Counted from the stretch's first letter, positions 12,452-25,947 are shown. The stretch is 64,000 nucleotides of DNA from Ruditapes philippinarum (GCF_026571515.1 NW_026857187.1:1-64000), one strand, 5' to 3'. Numbers and translations: made by a program. The notes: generated by a model not told the origin, from the letters alone.

Positions 12452-13630
12452 TATATTTTATTTTATGCTTTTCAGTGGATTACTGATTTATCCGTGAAAA
12501 TTATATTTGATAATTTCACAGTGAAAATTATCAAAATATAATTTCACACTTTTCAATGACGAAACTACTTTTTTAAGATAATCCCCATGTGGTACCTCAA
12601 TTTTATTTTTGCTGACTATTCCGACAATGTCAGGCTGCTTAAAGAAAAGCAAAGCTGAAATTGATAAATAACTTACATATCAAAATTAAAAAAAAGAAGA
12701 AAACTTACAGTATGTCACTTCTATTCATTCAAATTACCAATCACCAAATATCGTCTCTTTAATTTTTTGTTTCATTTTTACAGTCTGAAAAATACATTCC
12801 TTCAACATGCAAAACTGCTCTTGATGACATTTGGGAATATTTAAGTATCCTACGAGCAATAACTGCCGTATGCTTTATGAAAACATTATGAAAAAGCAAT
12901 GGCAGCTTTCACTCGAAGAATATGTAAACAACCCAGCGTTCGTAAGGCTTCCAAGTTTTCCAATTTCCTATCCACTTTTTTGAATGTTTACACATCTGTC
13001 AACACTTATTTATTGTCTGTTACAATCCTCCAATAAGTTTTCTTTCTTTTAAAAAGGTGTATGACTAACAAATCCAAATGATATCCCTCTGAATCAAACA
13101 CAATTATTTTCCTCCAGTGAAATACACAACTTTAAAAATGGCGGCCGTTTACATTTAACAAAGCCAGGTCTAATATAAATTCGCAGTCAGTAACAGAAAT
13201 ATGGATGGATGGTTGGACTTTTTCTCCTACTAGAATTGTTTGTTTTTATTATTAAAACAAGCGATCAGACATATTTTTTTAATAAAATGAATACTATCAC
13301 TACCTTTTAACATTGATTGTGGAACTTATTTTTCAGCCCATGACTTCTTGTATTTAATGAGAAATTAGACTTTTTTTAGGCTCTCAATGGGGAAAACAGA
13401 TTTTAATATTAACGTAAATATTAAGGAAATTTCGTTTTAACCTGTTTTTAAGCATAAAATAAAAAGAAAATTTGTTTGTTTGTTGTGTAAGATGTAATTT
13501 ATTTCATCTCGTGAACTTTAAAAACAGTATTCTCACTCGTGGCTACGCCACTCGAGCGAATACTATTTTTAAAGCCCACTCGATGAAATAAAATATCATC
13601 TTACACACAAACAAACAAATATCCTCTATA
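12452..13630. mobile_element. ~1.2-kb insertion ending in a ~150-bp foldback palindrome (13471-13619)
   Basis: Absent at the paralogous site near 30380. Arm tttgtttgtttgttgtgtaagatg pairs with catcttacacacaaacaaacaaa; central gtggctacgccac hairpin. Confidence 0.65.
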
Positions 13631-14096
13631 TATTATGTTATATTATATCATATTATACATATTTGTGTTGTATTTATATCTTTCTAATTGGTCGGAAATC
13701 AATTGGTGATGATACTGTCCGCTTCTGAATGACATCCAAAACAAGGAAGTTCAATTGTTATGGTTAAATGGAAAATAGTGCATTATAGGTTCGTTTATAT
13801 ATTTTCCGCTGCATAAGAATGGATTAATTTGTTTTTACAAATCTGTGTTAATTGTGTTAAACTGAGCATGTTTTAAACGTTTATGTTTAATTTTATGCCA
13901 ATCTAGCAGGCAAAAGAAAGGATATAATACATTACACTTTGCCAAAATGTTTGTTTATAATCTGATTCACGTTTATTTATTAACATGTTGTCGATTGCTT
14001 TGTGTCTAAATATATTTAATGTGGACGCATTTTCTTCTGAAATATTGCCAACTTTCTTGGGGTTAACATTTTATTTTGTCACATAAACTTATATCA

Positions 14097-14325
14097 TGGC
14101 TGGCGCATCTTTATAACATAGTATGTTTGCGACCAGCAGGGATCCAAACCAGCCTGCGCATCTGCGTAGTCTGATCAGGATCCATGCTGTTCGCTATCAG
14201 TTTCTCTACTTGTAATAGGGTTGGTAAGCGAACAGCATGGATTCTGATCAGACTGCGCGGATGCGCTTGTCTGGATCCATGCTTGTCGCAAACGCATTAC
14301 GTTGGTTTTGTCGTGACGCGGCTCA
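14097..14325. mobile_element. Palindromic MITE
   Basis: Long inverted arms (tttgcgaccagca...tgcttgtcgcaaa; gatccatgctgttcgct...agcgaacagcatggatt). Absent near 30885 in the paralog. Confidence 0.8.
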
Positions 14326-14560
14326 TACATTTCTTAACATGAACGGAACATCCCTTAAAATGATAAATAATGAGATTGCTAATTGGTTTGACGGAATTAT
14401 CAAACAATACTCGTGTTTTTTCTTTCTTATTTCTGATAATACATAGCGTGCGAATGAATTTATGCACATGTAAAAGGTTTATCTAGAAACAATATAGTTG
14501 TTTCTCCTAGTACATGTATGATTGTGTCTTTTCAGTTCAGTTAATGGGCAGGAAACGAAG

Positions 14561-17500
14561 ATGTCGTACTATACGTCTAAACTGACAAACAAGGACTGTC
14601 TTAACTGGGTCAGGGCGCACCTTGCTGTATCTGAAGCCAAAGCTGGCTTACAGGATGTCGTCTGCGACACGTTGCAAGTTCGTCATCAGAAGATTATTAA
14701 GCCTGTCACAACTCAAACTCTCAGTAACTTCCGGTGCTCAAGTTGCTACACTCAGACAATTATTTGCTGTTCATTATACACTTGTAATCGCGTTGGAAGA
14801 AAGTGATCGAAGCATCAACAATTTAGACCGTGCCCAAATGGAGTGTGTGACAAGATACGGGATAGAATTATAACAGATCATAGACACTCCAATCCTTCCT
14901 GGAAGAATACTCGTGCAGAACTTTGGAACACATCCTACTGGGAGTATGCTAAATGTTTTATGCCCCTTGAGGGGTATTCCGACAAAAATGCCTATTCAGA
15001 AACAGACCTAAATGGAATCATAAGTATATTGTTAAACCAGAATGATTTTGTTAACGAAGTCGACGATTCCATTTGTCATAAGGTAACGAAACGGTATTAT
15101 TTAGAATTTATACTCTCTTTCCACACTTTAAAGTGACATTATGCCCATCCAAGGGTATAAATGAGTGGACAGGTGGAAGTCAAAAAATGTTTTCGTTTTG
15201 CCATAATTCATTTTAATATAAACATTTACTTTACATTAACAATAAACAACGCACGGATCCAAATGAATTTATCGTAGATATTCATTAGAATTTACCTGTA
15301 ATGTTCAGTATATAAAAAGAGTGGGGTAGTTTTTTTTATATTTTAGGCAGATTTAATTTTTTCAATATGTACTGTGGTCAATCACCATTTTAACAGCCAA
15401 TCTTTTGAAATATATAGTCAGTTCATCTCAACTTGACTATAAAAATATGAGCATAATTTTACTTTAAAGGTTCGCAAATTTTGTTTGTCTATAAGCCTTT
15501 CCATTATAATTAACACTCGGAATTTTAAATTTTAGAATATCTTTAAATATGTTAAATTCACAATCGCAACTTTTCGGCCCTTTCCGTCAGTCTTCGGATA
15601 AAAACCTCGAACTCAATAGTATGAATACACAAAACGGATACGGTATTTCGGTCTAACCTACGCTAACGATTATTTTTTACAGTAAATATAGTTAGTTTCT
15701 AATAATGTACATCTACAAACTGCAAATTTATTGTAAAATTGTATCAAAACGCTATAATTCATATTTTTAAACTCACTTTCTCTCACTTTCGTCAAAAAGT
15801 CATATTCGTATTTAAGCCAAACCCGAGGGAAACAGGCGGTAAAAAGGCTACTTTTTACTTTTCACCGGTCGACGGGCGACATGCGGTACGATATTTTCTA
15901 AAATGTCGCTTCGCATTGTCGAGCGCCGTTTGAGATTGTCGCATGTCATTTGAAATTTTCGCGCGTCGACCCTCAAACAAAACCGCGACACGCGACATAC
16001 GATATGACATTTGGAAAATGTCGCTTCGCATTGTCGACTGTCGTTTGAGATTGTCGCTTGTCGTTTGATAATGTCGCCGTCGCATTTGCATGGTCGACAC
16101 ACGACAACGCGAAGTGACATAGCGACAATGCGATACGACACTTGACAATGCAAAGCGACATCGCGATATATCGTGCTTTTAAAGGCGACATCTTAAATGG
16201 ATATCGCGATATTATCGTTTGAGATTGTCGCCGTCGTTTATGATTGTCGGGTGTCACTTCGTAATATCGCTATGTCATTTCGCGTTGTCGTGTGTCGACC
16301 ATGCAAACGCGACGGCGACGTTATGAATGACTCCAACAGGATTCCGTATAAATGAATAAAATTTAGTATGTATAACAATGAATTACATGTTTACAAATCG
16401 CGCATTATGCCAGCTTAATACATCCAAACACTGTTTTCATATGACCCCCTTAACATTTTGTGCAGTATAATGTCAGAAAATACTGAAGTACATAATGATA
16501 AATACATATAATGTCAGAAAATAAACAATGACGATAAGTTTATTAAAATGTTCAAATTGCACGATTTACACAGGCACGACATTTATTGAACAATTTGAGA
16601 CACAATTCAGATATGTTACTTAGTGACCAGATGTTAGAAGATGTCGTCTGCACACTACAACAACTTCTGTCCTGTTGTGAGAGTTTCAAGAATTATTCCA
16701 AGACCTCAGACGCTCGAGCCAAATTAGAACAGGTTAATACAGTATTGTTGTTGATGGTGCATGGTGTGTTGTTTTTTTTTGTTTTTTTTTTTTGTGTGTG
16801 TGTTCGTGTTTTTATTTTAGTTTTTCATCAATAACGATGTTTGAAACATTTATCTCCCTTAAAATGCTTAAAGGTCCAATATTCAAAAATTACCAGGAGT
16901 ACCAAGTCTGTCTATATAAAACAGCACACTTCATATACCACTTATTATGGTTAAGTACTATATCAATGAAATACACGCATACATGTAGTTTGTGACAACT
17001 GATTCAAAGACTGTTCAACATTAACTTAAAGAGGAACTTATAAGGAAGAGGAAGTTAAATTAATTGTTGATGTAAAACACAAATTGTTATTATTATAAAA
17101 CGAAATGTTATGATTATTATGTAATAATTATGCCTCTTTTAAATAAAAATGTGTATATTGTTATGCAATAGTCTGTCTGTCGGTTCCGATCAATAACTAG
17201 AAAATCATTTCACCTACATCCTTCAAATTTCATAGGATAATCACCCTTATTAAGTAGAAGTACTCGAATGTTTTGGGCAATGATGCTTGAAATTATTTTC
17301 AATGATTGCCAACCCCGATATTGAGACCTCCCTGTTATTATGTAACTCGACCATTTTCTCACCTTGATATTGATGTGCATTGTTATCGCTGAATCCTTTT
17401 GACACGTGATGTAAACAACAATTGTCTTAGTTTTACGATAAATAACCAGTTCGTGTTTTTCGATATTTTCTTTTTTTTTAATCCTTTGTAATTTTGATGT

Positions 17501-20500
17501 TTACATTTAAAGAAATGTCTATTGTCGCCCTTGAAATTGCAGTGATAAGCCAACCATTGAATTTCCCGCTGTTTTTAGAACAATTATTGTGGTCATGTAA
17601 CATAGTAGTCACTCTTGCTCTCTCAGTTTTCTTAATGAGCAGTTGATACTTTACATTACTTAAATTAACTTTATTTATTCATTTAAACTATTTTGGTATA
17701 TCTTGGAAATTAAAGATTGAGATTGGTTGATCTTGTTTTAAACTATTGATGCATCTTTTGAGTCACAAATTGGCAATGCCATACAACATTTTTAACTTTC
17801 CATTCCAGTTGAAAGCTGGTTCTTTTGCTTTACCTGAAGGATATGGACAGCAGTGTCTACAGAGTCAAAGTAAGATTTTCACACTCTTTCACCTATAAGT
17901 TATTCTTAAGTCGAATAATTATTTTAAAACATTTGAAGCTTCATTTGCAACTTCTTAATTAGAATGAATATGACCGTGTGTGTTTCTTTTCCAAGCATAC
18001 ATGTATAACAAACGTTGACTATTTTTGGCCGGGTTGCACATGTGCAAACCGGGTTATAGTATGATGAATGATGGGCGGTTGACGGGCGGCGGGCGGGCGG
18101 GGAAAAATTTTCGTAACAGTTTTCTCAGCAGCTTCTTATCACAACCTCTTGATATTTAGCATACAGCATCAACACATGGTCCCATACTGTGGGATTCGAT
18201 TTCAGGTCTGTCGCTCATCCACTTCCTGTTTGTCGACTTAGTTAAATTTTCTACATTAATGGTCAATAGTAAGAAATTTGCGTAACAGTTTTCTCAGCAA
18301 CTACTATTCACAGCCTCTTGATATTTGGCACACAGCATTAACACATAGTCCCATACCGTGGGATTTGATTTCAGGTCTGTCGCTCATCCACTTCCTGTTT
18401 GCCGACTTAGTTAAATTTTTAACATTAATGGTCAATAGTAAGACATTTTAGTAACAGTTTTCTCAGCAACTACTTATCACAGCCTTTTGATATTTGGTAT
18501 ACAGCATCAACACATGGTCTCATATCGTGGGATTCGATTTCAGGTCTGTCGCTCTTCCACTTTCAATTTGACTTAGTTAAATTTTCTACATTAATGGTCA
18601 ATGATAGGAAATTTTCGTAACAGTTTTCTTAGCAATTTCTTATCACAGCCTTTTGATATTTGATATACAACATTAACACATGGCCCCATACCGTGGGATT
18701 CGATTTCAGGTCTGTCGCTCATCCACTTCCTGTTTGCCGACTTAGTTAAATTTTGACATTAATGGTTAATTGTTGGAAATTTTCGTAACAGTTTACGCAG
18801 CAACTTCTTATCACAGCTTTTTGATATTTGGTATACAGCATAAACACATTGTCCCATACTGTGGGATTTGATTTCAGGTCTGTCGCTTATCCACTTCCTG
18901 TTTGCCGACTTAGTTAAATTTTGACATAATTAATGATCAATAGATAGTAGGAAATTTTCGTAACAGTTTTCTCAGCAACTACTTACCACAGCCTCTTGAT
19001 ATGTGGTTCACAGCATTGACATGTGGTCCCATATTGTGGGATTCCATTTCAGGTCTGATGCTCATTCTTTTCCGGTTTACCAACTAAGTTAAATTTTCAA
19101 CATCAATGGTCAGACAGTGGTAGAAAATTTAAGTAACATCACAGCCTCATGATATTTTGTATACATTTGCAACCCGGCCTTTTCTGTCTCTGACCCATTT
19201 TTCTAAATCGTTCTACTGATAAATTTTCATAATGGACATGCAGTGATATGAATTCGGAAATATTTGTTCACATTTTAAAGTTTAATGAGCTATATCTACG
19301 TCTCTGTTATTCAACACACATGAATAATATTCGTTTACAAAATAACATGTCTGGGAACAAAATGTCATACTGCCATTTTAAGTAGGACTTTAGCCATTTT
19401 GTATTGATTTTGTCTCTTCACACAAATTTCTTTCATGCATGTATTTTGGAACTATTCTGTTTTCATAATTCAAACAATAAGTATATATCTTTACACACTG
19501 TAAGGGTTCTTTTAATATTTTTAAAAATGTGCAAAATCTGGTCAGATTTAAAAGAAGTGAAAAACTGACCTGGTTTGACGTTTGCGGTAAAATTTAGACA
19601 TTATCAGTGCATGCTATCATCAATTTTAAAGTACCGGGGTATTCGTAATAAGGAAGTGATTGCATTATAGAATAAGACTTCAGTTCTTTTAATGTCTTCA
19701 TCGTTCCTATGTACAGTATCTAATTTAAAGCATAACATTAAAGGTAAAAATGTTTTTTTATACGGTTGTATGGTTTGAGACTGGTAAATAACAAATTGAG
19801 TAGTTGGTATAATATAAAATGGCGGTTAATCTTTTTTTTTTTTCTCAGTTCTTACGAATGACTTGATACAATTCAACAAAGATATACATGGAACGATACC
19901 TATCTCCCCGTTGTTTGAAGATATTGACATGGCAGTTCCCGACGTTTATGTCCAGCCTACAATCAACAGGGTTTTGTCGGGCTGCCCAAACGCCAAAAAA
20001 GGCCAAAGAACAGCACGTATATCATCTTTGAGAGAAATATTTCACGATCAGAACGGACCGTATCGTGAAATATATTTATGTGCAGAAACCGGGCTTGGAA
20101 AATCGGTATTTGGAAAACGGTTAGCTTTGATATGGAGCCAAGCGAACGAATCTGACAAAATCCAGAGAAGCTTTACCCAAGACGAAATCGATGCAATCAA
20201 TTATTTCGATTTTGTATTTTACATTTCCTTAAAAGAATCTGATCAGACTCATATTGACGTTGATGAAATGATACAGCAACAGATCATTGGACATCTTGCG
20301 CATGCGACACACTACAGCCCTGAATTTCTTGAACATATCTTATCAGACAGAGACAGAAAATGTCTGATTATTCTAGATGGTCTCGACGAATGGTCACATG
20401 AAAAAGGGAATATTCCAATGAGAAGACCCAGGCAGTCTTGCACATTTTTAACCACCACTCGCCCTTGGAGATATACAGTGGCTAGAATAAAACAAAGTAA

Positions 20501-22514
20501 GATTGATCTACAGCTAGAAATGATAGGTATTGATAAAGAGGGTAAGAAAGCTTTAATAACAAACATATTAAAACATTTCGGTAGTTGTGACGATCAGTCG
20601 GAGTTGGAGAACAGTTTGAAGGAATTTGAGAAAAAAGTTGCAAGAAGAAACGTCAATGACCTGGAGACTAGTCCAATGTTATTATTATACATGATATGTC
20701 TCTGGCAGGATGGGAAACCATTAGGTGATTCTCGTTGTGATTTATACTGTAACATCTTAGAGATGCTACTACAAAAGGTAGCACAACGACAGCAACAGGA
20801 GGTAGAAATTAACCAGAATGACAGTACTTACAAACCAGAATGCTTCAAGGGAAAGGAGCATTGTTGTAAGAACATTCATTTCGTGAAGAAATTGTCGCAT
20901 CTTGCTTTCCTAACTCTCTTCAATCAAAGTTCAGCAGAAAATAGGCTGGTATTTAATGAAGACATAGCAAAGAAAAACATGTCAGAAAGTTGCATTGAAT
21001 TTTGGCTGAAGACCGGCATATTAACTCAGATAGTACGGAGTAAACGATTAACATCACGTGATATAAGAATATCCTTTATACACAAAACTTTTCACGAGTT
21101 CTTGGCTGCTCTCCATGTAGCATTTAACCAAAAAGAGACAAACATTGTGATTAAATCATGTCCAGATATAAATTCAGTTTTACTGAACGCAAGCTGTTTA
21201 CAGAATCTATGTGGGCTCAGTCCAACTGCAAGTCAAACAGTTCTAAACGGGATAGCAAATGTTATTTCAAACAGTTGTCAAACAAAAAGTCTCCGGAGAA
21301 ATACGTACGCTTTCGCAGACTACTGGGAAATGTGTGATTTGAAACAAGATTTCCAGAATGTAATTGTAGCGTGTGTGAATGAATGCAGAGACAATCGGCA
21401 CGAACCTCGTTATCAGTTGGAAGATGTGTTTCTGAATTTTGATGGTGAACCTGAGAGCCAGTATGTATCATCATTGATTGATTTACTAATGCACTCAGAT
21501 GATGAATCGTTAAGGCACACAGGTGTTAAATCAATCAAATTTGGACGCGCTCTTTCCCGCAAAAGTGTCCATGATCTAAGACTGCGACTGGGCGTGGATA
21601 AAATGAAATCACTGCAAAAACTGGATATATGGGGTCATCCTTGTAGTAAAGATGTTGAAATGATGCTAGGCGCGTCTCCGGACACATTAGAGTGTCTTCT
21701 TCTCCACGGGTGCGAAATGAAAGGAACAAAAGAAATTGAAAGGTACATTGAAGTATCTGAAGAAAGTGTTAATAAACTGATGTCTTTAAAGGTTTTGGAA
21801 AGCATCGACCTTTATTGTATATCAATGAATCATAGACAGATAGAAAAAGTAGTAAAGTGGATAGAAGGTAGGAAGTCGATGAGACAAATTAAAATAGCCC
21901 GGGTAAAATGCCTAGATCATGAGAATAACAATTGTGTTGCGCGTATACTGGATCTGTCTGAACACATGCAACTTGATGTCATTGGTGTTGGAAACATGTG
22001 CGCTGACCAGGTAAAGGTCAACCCCTTATCAATACGGGAATTTTGGGGAGAATGCAACCAGGCTATGGTCACGTCATTCTTGACCGACTACGCTTCGTCC
22101 GCCATCAATATTCGTACATTAGTTATTGAATTCATAGATTCATACGAAACTGTCAAAAAGATATTAAGTACATTAACTGATTTTGAACACTTAGTTAACC
22201 TACAATTGAAAGGTCTTGACCTGCAAAGAAACGAACTTATATTGTCGAGACACAAAACTGTTGAACACGTGCGACTTATTGAAATAACTATGGAGAATCA
22301 AGCACTGAGAAGCTTGTTTGAACAGTTAAGTACATATAAACATAGTGTTACAGTAGAAATCGCCTCGTGTAACGTGGAGCATGAGAACGGTACCGAAAAT
22401 TATGAAGAACTAAGACAGGAAATAGAGATGTCGTCTGAAAAGTACTCTGTAATTGCCAACCTGAAATGCTCCGGACACGACAATGCTTTTGCGTTCAGAA
22501 CACTGTCTTCATAA
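14561..22514 (+). CDS. NLR-like gene, copy 2: CXorf38/DUF4559-like (HEPN-like) domain + NACHT + degenerate LRR; ~1135 codons with one in-frame TGA at 14804-14806 (possible young pseudogene or allele)
   Basis: Exons 14561-15082, 16574-16732, 17809-17869 and 19849-22514 all have GT-AG ends and compatible phases (3408 nt total). The N-terminus NWVRAH...WEYAKCFMP..GY...TDLNGIISILLN...NNLRHNS resembles CXorf38 (recalled NWVKAG...WEVAKAFMP...RNEIMHS). NACHT motifs as in copy 1. Confidence 0.85.
15132..15463. mobile_element. TTAA-flanked MITE (Kolobok-like termini)
   Basis: TTAA|agtgacattatgcccat...atgagcataattttact|TTAA; absent from the copy 3 intron. Confidence 0.7.
15820..16350. mobile_element. 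TGTCG/CGACA-rich non-autonomous element fragment
   Basis: Dense tgtcg/cgaca motifs with internal duplications; ends ttccgta; absent from the copy 3 intron. Confidence 0.55.
18027..19197 (+). mobile_element. Helentron/pearl-type element, family B, with ~169-bp tandem array
   Basis: 5' ggccgggttgca-catg-tgcaaaccggg hairpin; (gggc)n; six units from 18112 to 18959; 3' tgcaacccggcc; empty T-run sites near 1346 and 33667. Confidence 0.85.
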
Positions 22515-22982
22515 CATGGTTTGGTTGTTGGGTCCTTCGAATGGTGACACAGAGATTAACAAGGATGACGTTTCTATACGAGAGGTGGAGTTTAAGTTTG
22601 AGAGTACAAAATATTTCAGTATTATATCCTCAGCATTCAGATATTAAAACATATATAAAACATACATTTATTTCAAACAATAGAACGTTTTTATGATGCA
22701 AATGAATATGTCCTATCAATCAGCATTACTTATCATGGTTATCATAAAAGTGGTTTGGAAAAATTCAAGTGTGGACTGTTATCTAATCATATTTCCATTG
22801 TGATCCATATTTCCATTAGTTAGATCTTGGCCTTCCGGAAAACTGCATCTCTGTGCAAGTTTTTTCAAAAAATTATGTCTATTATGAAGAAAATGTGTCC
22901 CTCATCACTATAAACAGCATAAAACAGATTCAAAATTGATTAAGTTTGTTTGTTTCTTCACAGAATACTAACTTTATGATAA

Positions 22983-23260
22983 GGGGGCGTCCGTGGCCGA
23001 GCGGTTAAGGTCGTTGACTTCAAACCACTTGCCCCTCACCGCTGTTGGTTCGAATCCCGACAGGGACTTTGGATTCTTTCATGTGAGGAAGCTATCCAGC
23101 TAGCTTACGGAACGTCGGTGGTTCTACTCAGGTGCCCGTTCGTGTCTGAAAAAATGCACGGAGGGGCACCTGAGGTCTTCCTCCACCAGTAAAGCTGGAA
23201 CGTTGCCAAATGACCTATACTGTTTTGGTGTGACGTAAAACCCAAATCAAAACAAAAACA
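22983..23260 (+). mobile_element. Full-length tRNA-derived SINE
   Basis: A box gtggccgagcgg, B box ggttcgaatcc, (caaa)n tail, 11-bp TSD aacttt(a/g)tgat; empty site near 5150. Confidence 0.88.
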
Positions 23261-23499
23261 AACTTTGTGATTGATTATATGTATCTGAGTGAATTAAAAA
23301 ATGCATGTTTAATGTATTTATTTTGCTTATTAAAGGGATTTGACTGTGTGCATTAAATTATTGGGTCCTTTTATTTTAACCATTTAAACGTTAGGGTAAA
23401 ATTTATGTGATAAAATTTACGAAACCGAAAAAACTTATTTATCAGCAAAATTTAGTTATATTTTTTTTAACATTATTTATGTATTTGAAAACCGGAAAG

Positions 23500-24100
23500 T
23501 TAAGTGTATTTGATACACATGTTACGAGTATTTAAGAGTATTTGACAAGCATTTTCATTGTATTTTGTTCACATGTTCAGTGCATTTAATATGTAGTTTA
23601 GTTAAATGAATTTGATATGCATATTAGTTTAGTAGTGTATTGATACGCAGGTTATTTAAGTGTATTTGATACGCATGTTATTTAAGTGTATCTGAAACCC
23701 ACGTTATTTAAGTGTATTTGATACGCAGGTTACTTGAGTGTATTTGATACGCAGGTACTTCAGTGTATTTGATACGCAGGTTATTTACGTGTATTTGATA
23801 CGCATGTTATTTAAGAATATTTGTACCCACGTAATTTAAGTGTATTTGATACACAGGTTACTTAAGATTATATGATACGCATGTTATTTAAGGTTATCTG
23901 ATACCCACGTTACATAAGTGTATTTGATACGCAGGTTACTTAAATGTATTTGATACTCAGGTTATTTAAGGGTATTTGATACCCGTGTTATTTTAAAGAA
24001 TGTAATACGTATGTTACTTAAGTGTATTCATACGCAGGTTACTTAAGTGTTTTTCTGGCACCACGTGTTACTTAAGTGTATTTGATACGCAGGTTATTTA
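23500..24100 (+). repeat. 26-bp minisatellite, unit 2
   Basis: Same consensus; period measured from 23641 to 23667. Confidence 0.9.
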
Positions 24101-24666
24101 AAAAAAATTATGAGTTTTGAATTTTATTGCAATGACTGTCTACTTTTATTTTTAAACATTCCAGGAATACTCATACATGAAATGTGCAATCAAATTTGTA
24201 TATCCTATTGCTATGTTCACGTGTAGTTTATGTTAAAAACATAATATGAACGCTTATGTGACAAATAGTAGATGTATACTGCTTGAAAATAAACAACAAT
24301 ATAAATATTTTTGTTTTACTTCTTTTAATTGAATTTTGATAGAGCTAATTGTGAATCTCTCAGAATAAAAAGAAAAGTTAAACTGATAACATAATTGGTT
24401 ACAAAACAAAACAAAAGTAAAATTGAACTTCAGTAAGTCGAAGTAAAATAATCTTGTATAAAACCTTCATGTCATCGGGACTGCGACCTTCATTTATTTA
24501 TTATAGTTATACATTATACATGTATATTTGTGAGTCACGACAAAAGAGATGCGTGTTCAGCAAGCGGAGCGTTGTATAGTTGGGGATTCCGCCTATTGTA
24601 TTGTTAAAATGTAATTGGCTATTTATATTATATGTCATACCATACACATAAATTACCAGATTATTC

Positions 24667-25695
24667 CATGGAAACCATTGACTGTCTTATAATTATAATC
24701 CTAAATGTTGTTATGTCTATATAGCAATATATTGAGTCAACCTTTCCTTATACAATGTGCTCTCATTAATATATCATGTGGATCCATCTTAATATGTAGT
24801 CAACTGAACAATATATGATGTCAACGTGTTTTTATATGATGTCAATCTATCATTATACGTTGTGCATTTTTTAATATATTATGTAGAGCCATCCTTATAT
24901 AAGGTTAAAATAACAATATATGATGTCAATTTGTCCTTATATGATGTCAGTCTGCCATTATATGATGTGAAATTATGAATATATTATGTGGAATAATTCT
25001 TATATAGATTCAACATTATATGATGTCAACGCGTCCTTATATGATGTCAATCTATCATTATATGATGTGCATCATTATATGATGTGCATTTTTCAGTATA
25101 TTATGTGAAACCATCCTTATATAGAGTAAACTTAACAATATATGATGTGTATGTCCTTATATGATGTCAGTCTTTCATTAAATGATGTGCAATTACGAAT
25201 ATATTATGTGGAACCATTCTTATATAGAGTCAAAACAACACTATATTATGTAGAATTGTCTTTATATAGAGTCAGCTTAACAATATATGATACTTTTTAC
25301 TTTGAGTTTTCCCGCTGTTGCCACGAACGGTGCATAGTGAGATATAACCCGGTAAATTTAACCCCATCAGTATAATGACAGAAGCACACGATATTATGAT
25401 GTTTGCACTTCATATAAAGCAGCGGTCGTATAACAATATATGCACATCGTATAATGAAAGATTGACATAATACATATATATTGATAAGTTGACTGTATAT
25501 AATGATGCAACCACATAATATATTCATAAATGCACATCGTATAATGATTGGTCGACATCATTTAAAGAGTCATTGACATCATATATTGTTCAGTTGAATT
25601 CATATAAGGATGCATCCACATAATATATTCATGAATGCACATTGTATAAAGAAAGAGTGACACAACAACGTTCATAGACAGTCAAGGCTTTCCAT
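24667..25695. mobile_element. TIR MITE with short internal atatgatgt repeats
   Basis: TIRs atggaaaccattgactgtct / agacagtcaaggctttccat; TSD attattc; empty site near 6856. Confidence 0.8.
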
Positions 25696-25947
25696 ATTAT
25701 TCAATAAATCAGAGAGGTAATCGTATAAACATTATAGTATAAGGTCATCTGATATTGATTACGCATTTTTGTTTAACAGTGAGAAATGTCTTAATATGGT
25801 GACACTCATGGAAAGTCCCGATTTTTTCCGTCTTCAAGTATTTAACTTCTCCACCTTCTCAACATGATATATGTAGAAAACGCTTGCAAACGTTAGGGAT
25901 GCAATCAAGTTGTATTCAGTTCAGTTGTGTTGAAAAGTTGTTTTGTT

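Noticed and set aside
15848-16257. Overlapping Arg/Cys-rich ORFs (also 38923-39407, 10281-10463, 29061-29625, 51599-52408)
   Set aside because: They fall within MITEs or microsatellites and show no protein motifs.
22983-23065. Functional tRNA gene
   Set aside because: It is the head of a SINE with body, tail, TSD and multiple dispersed copies.
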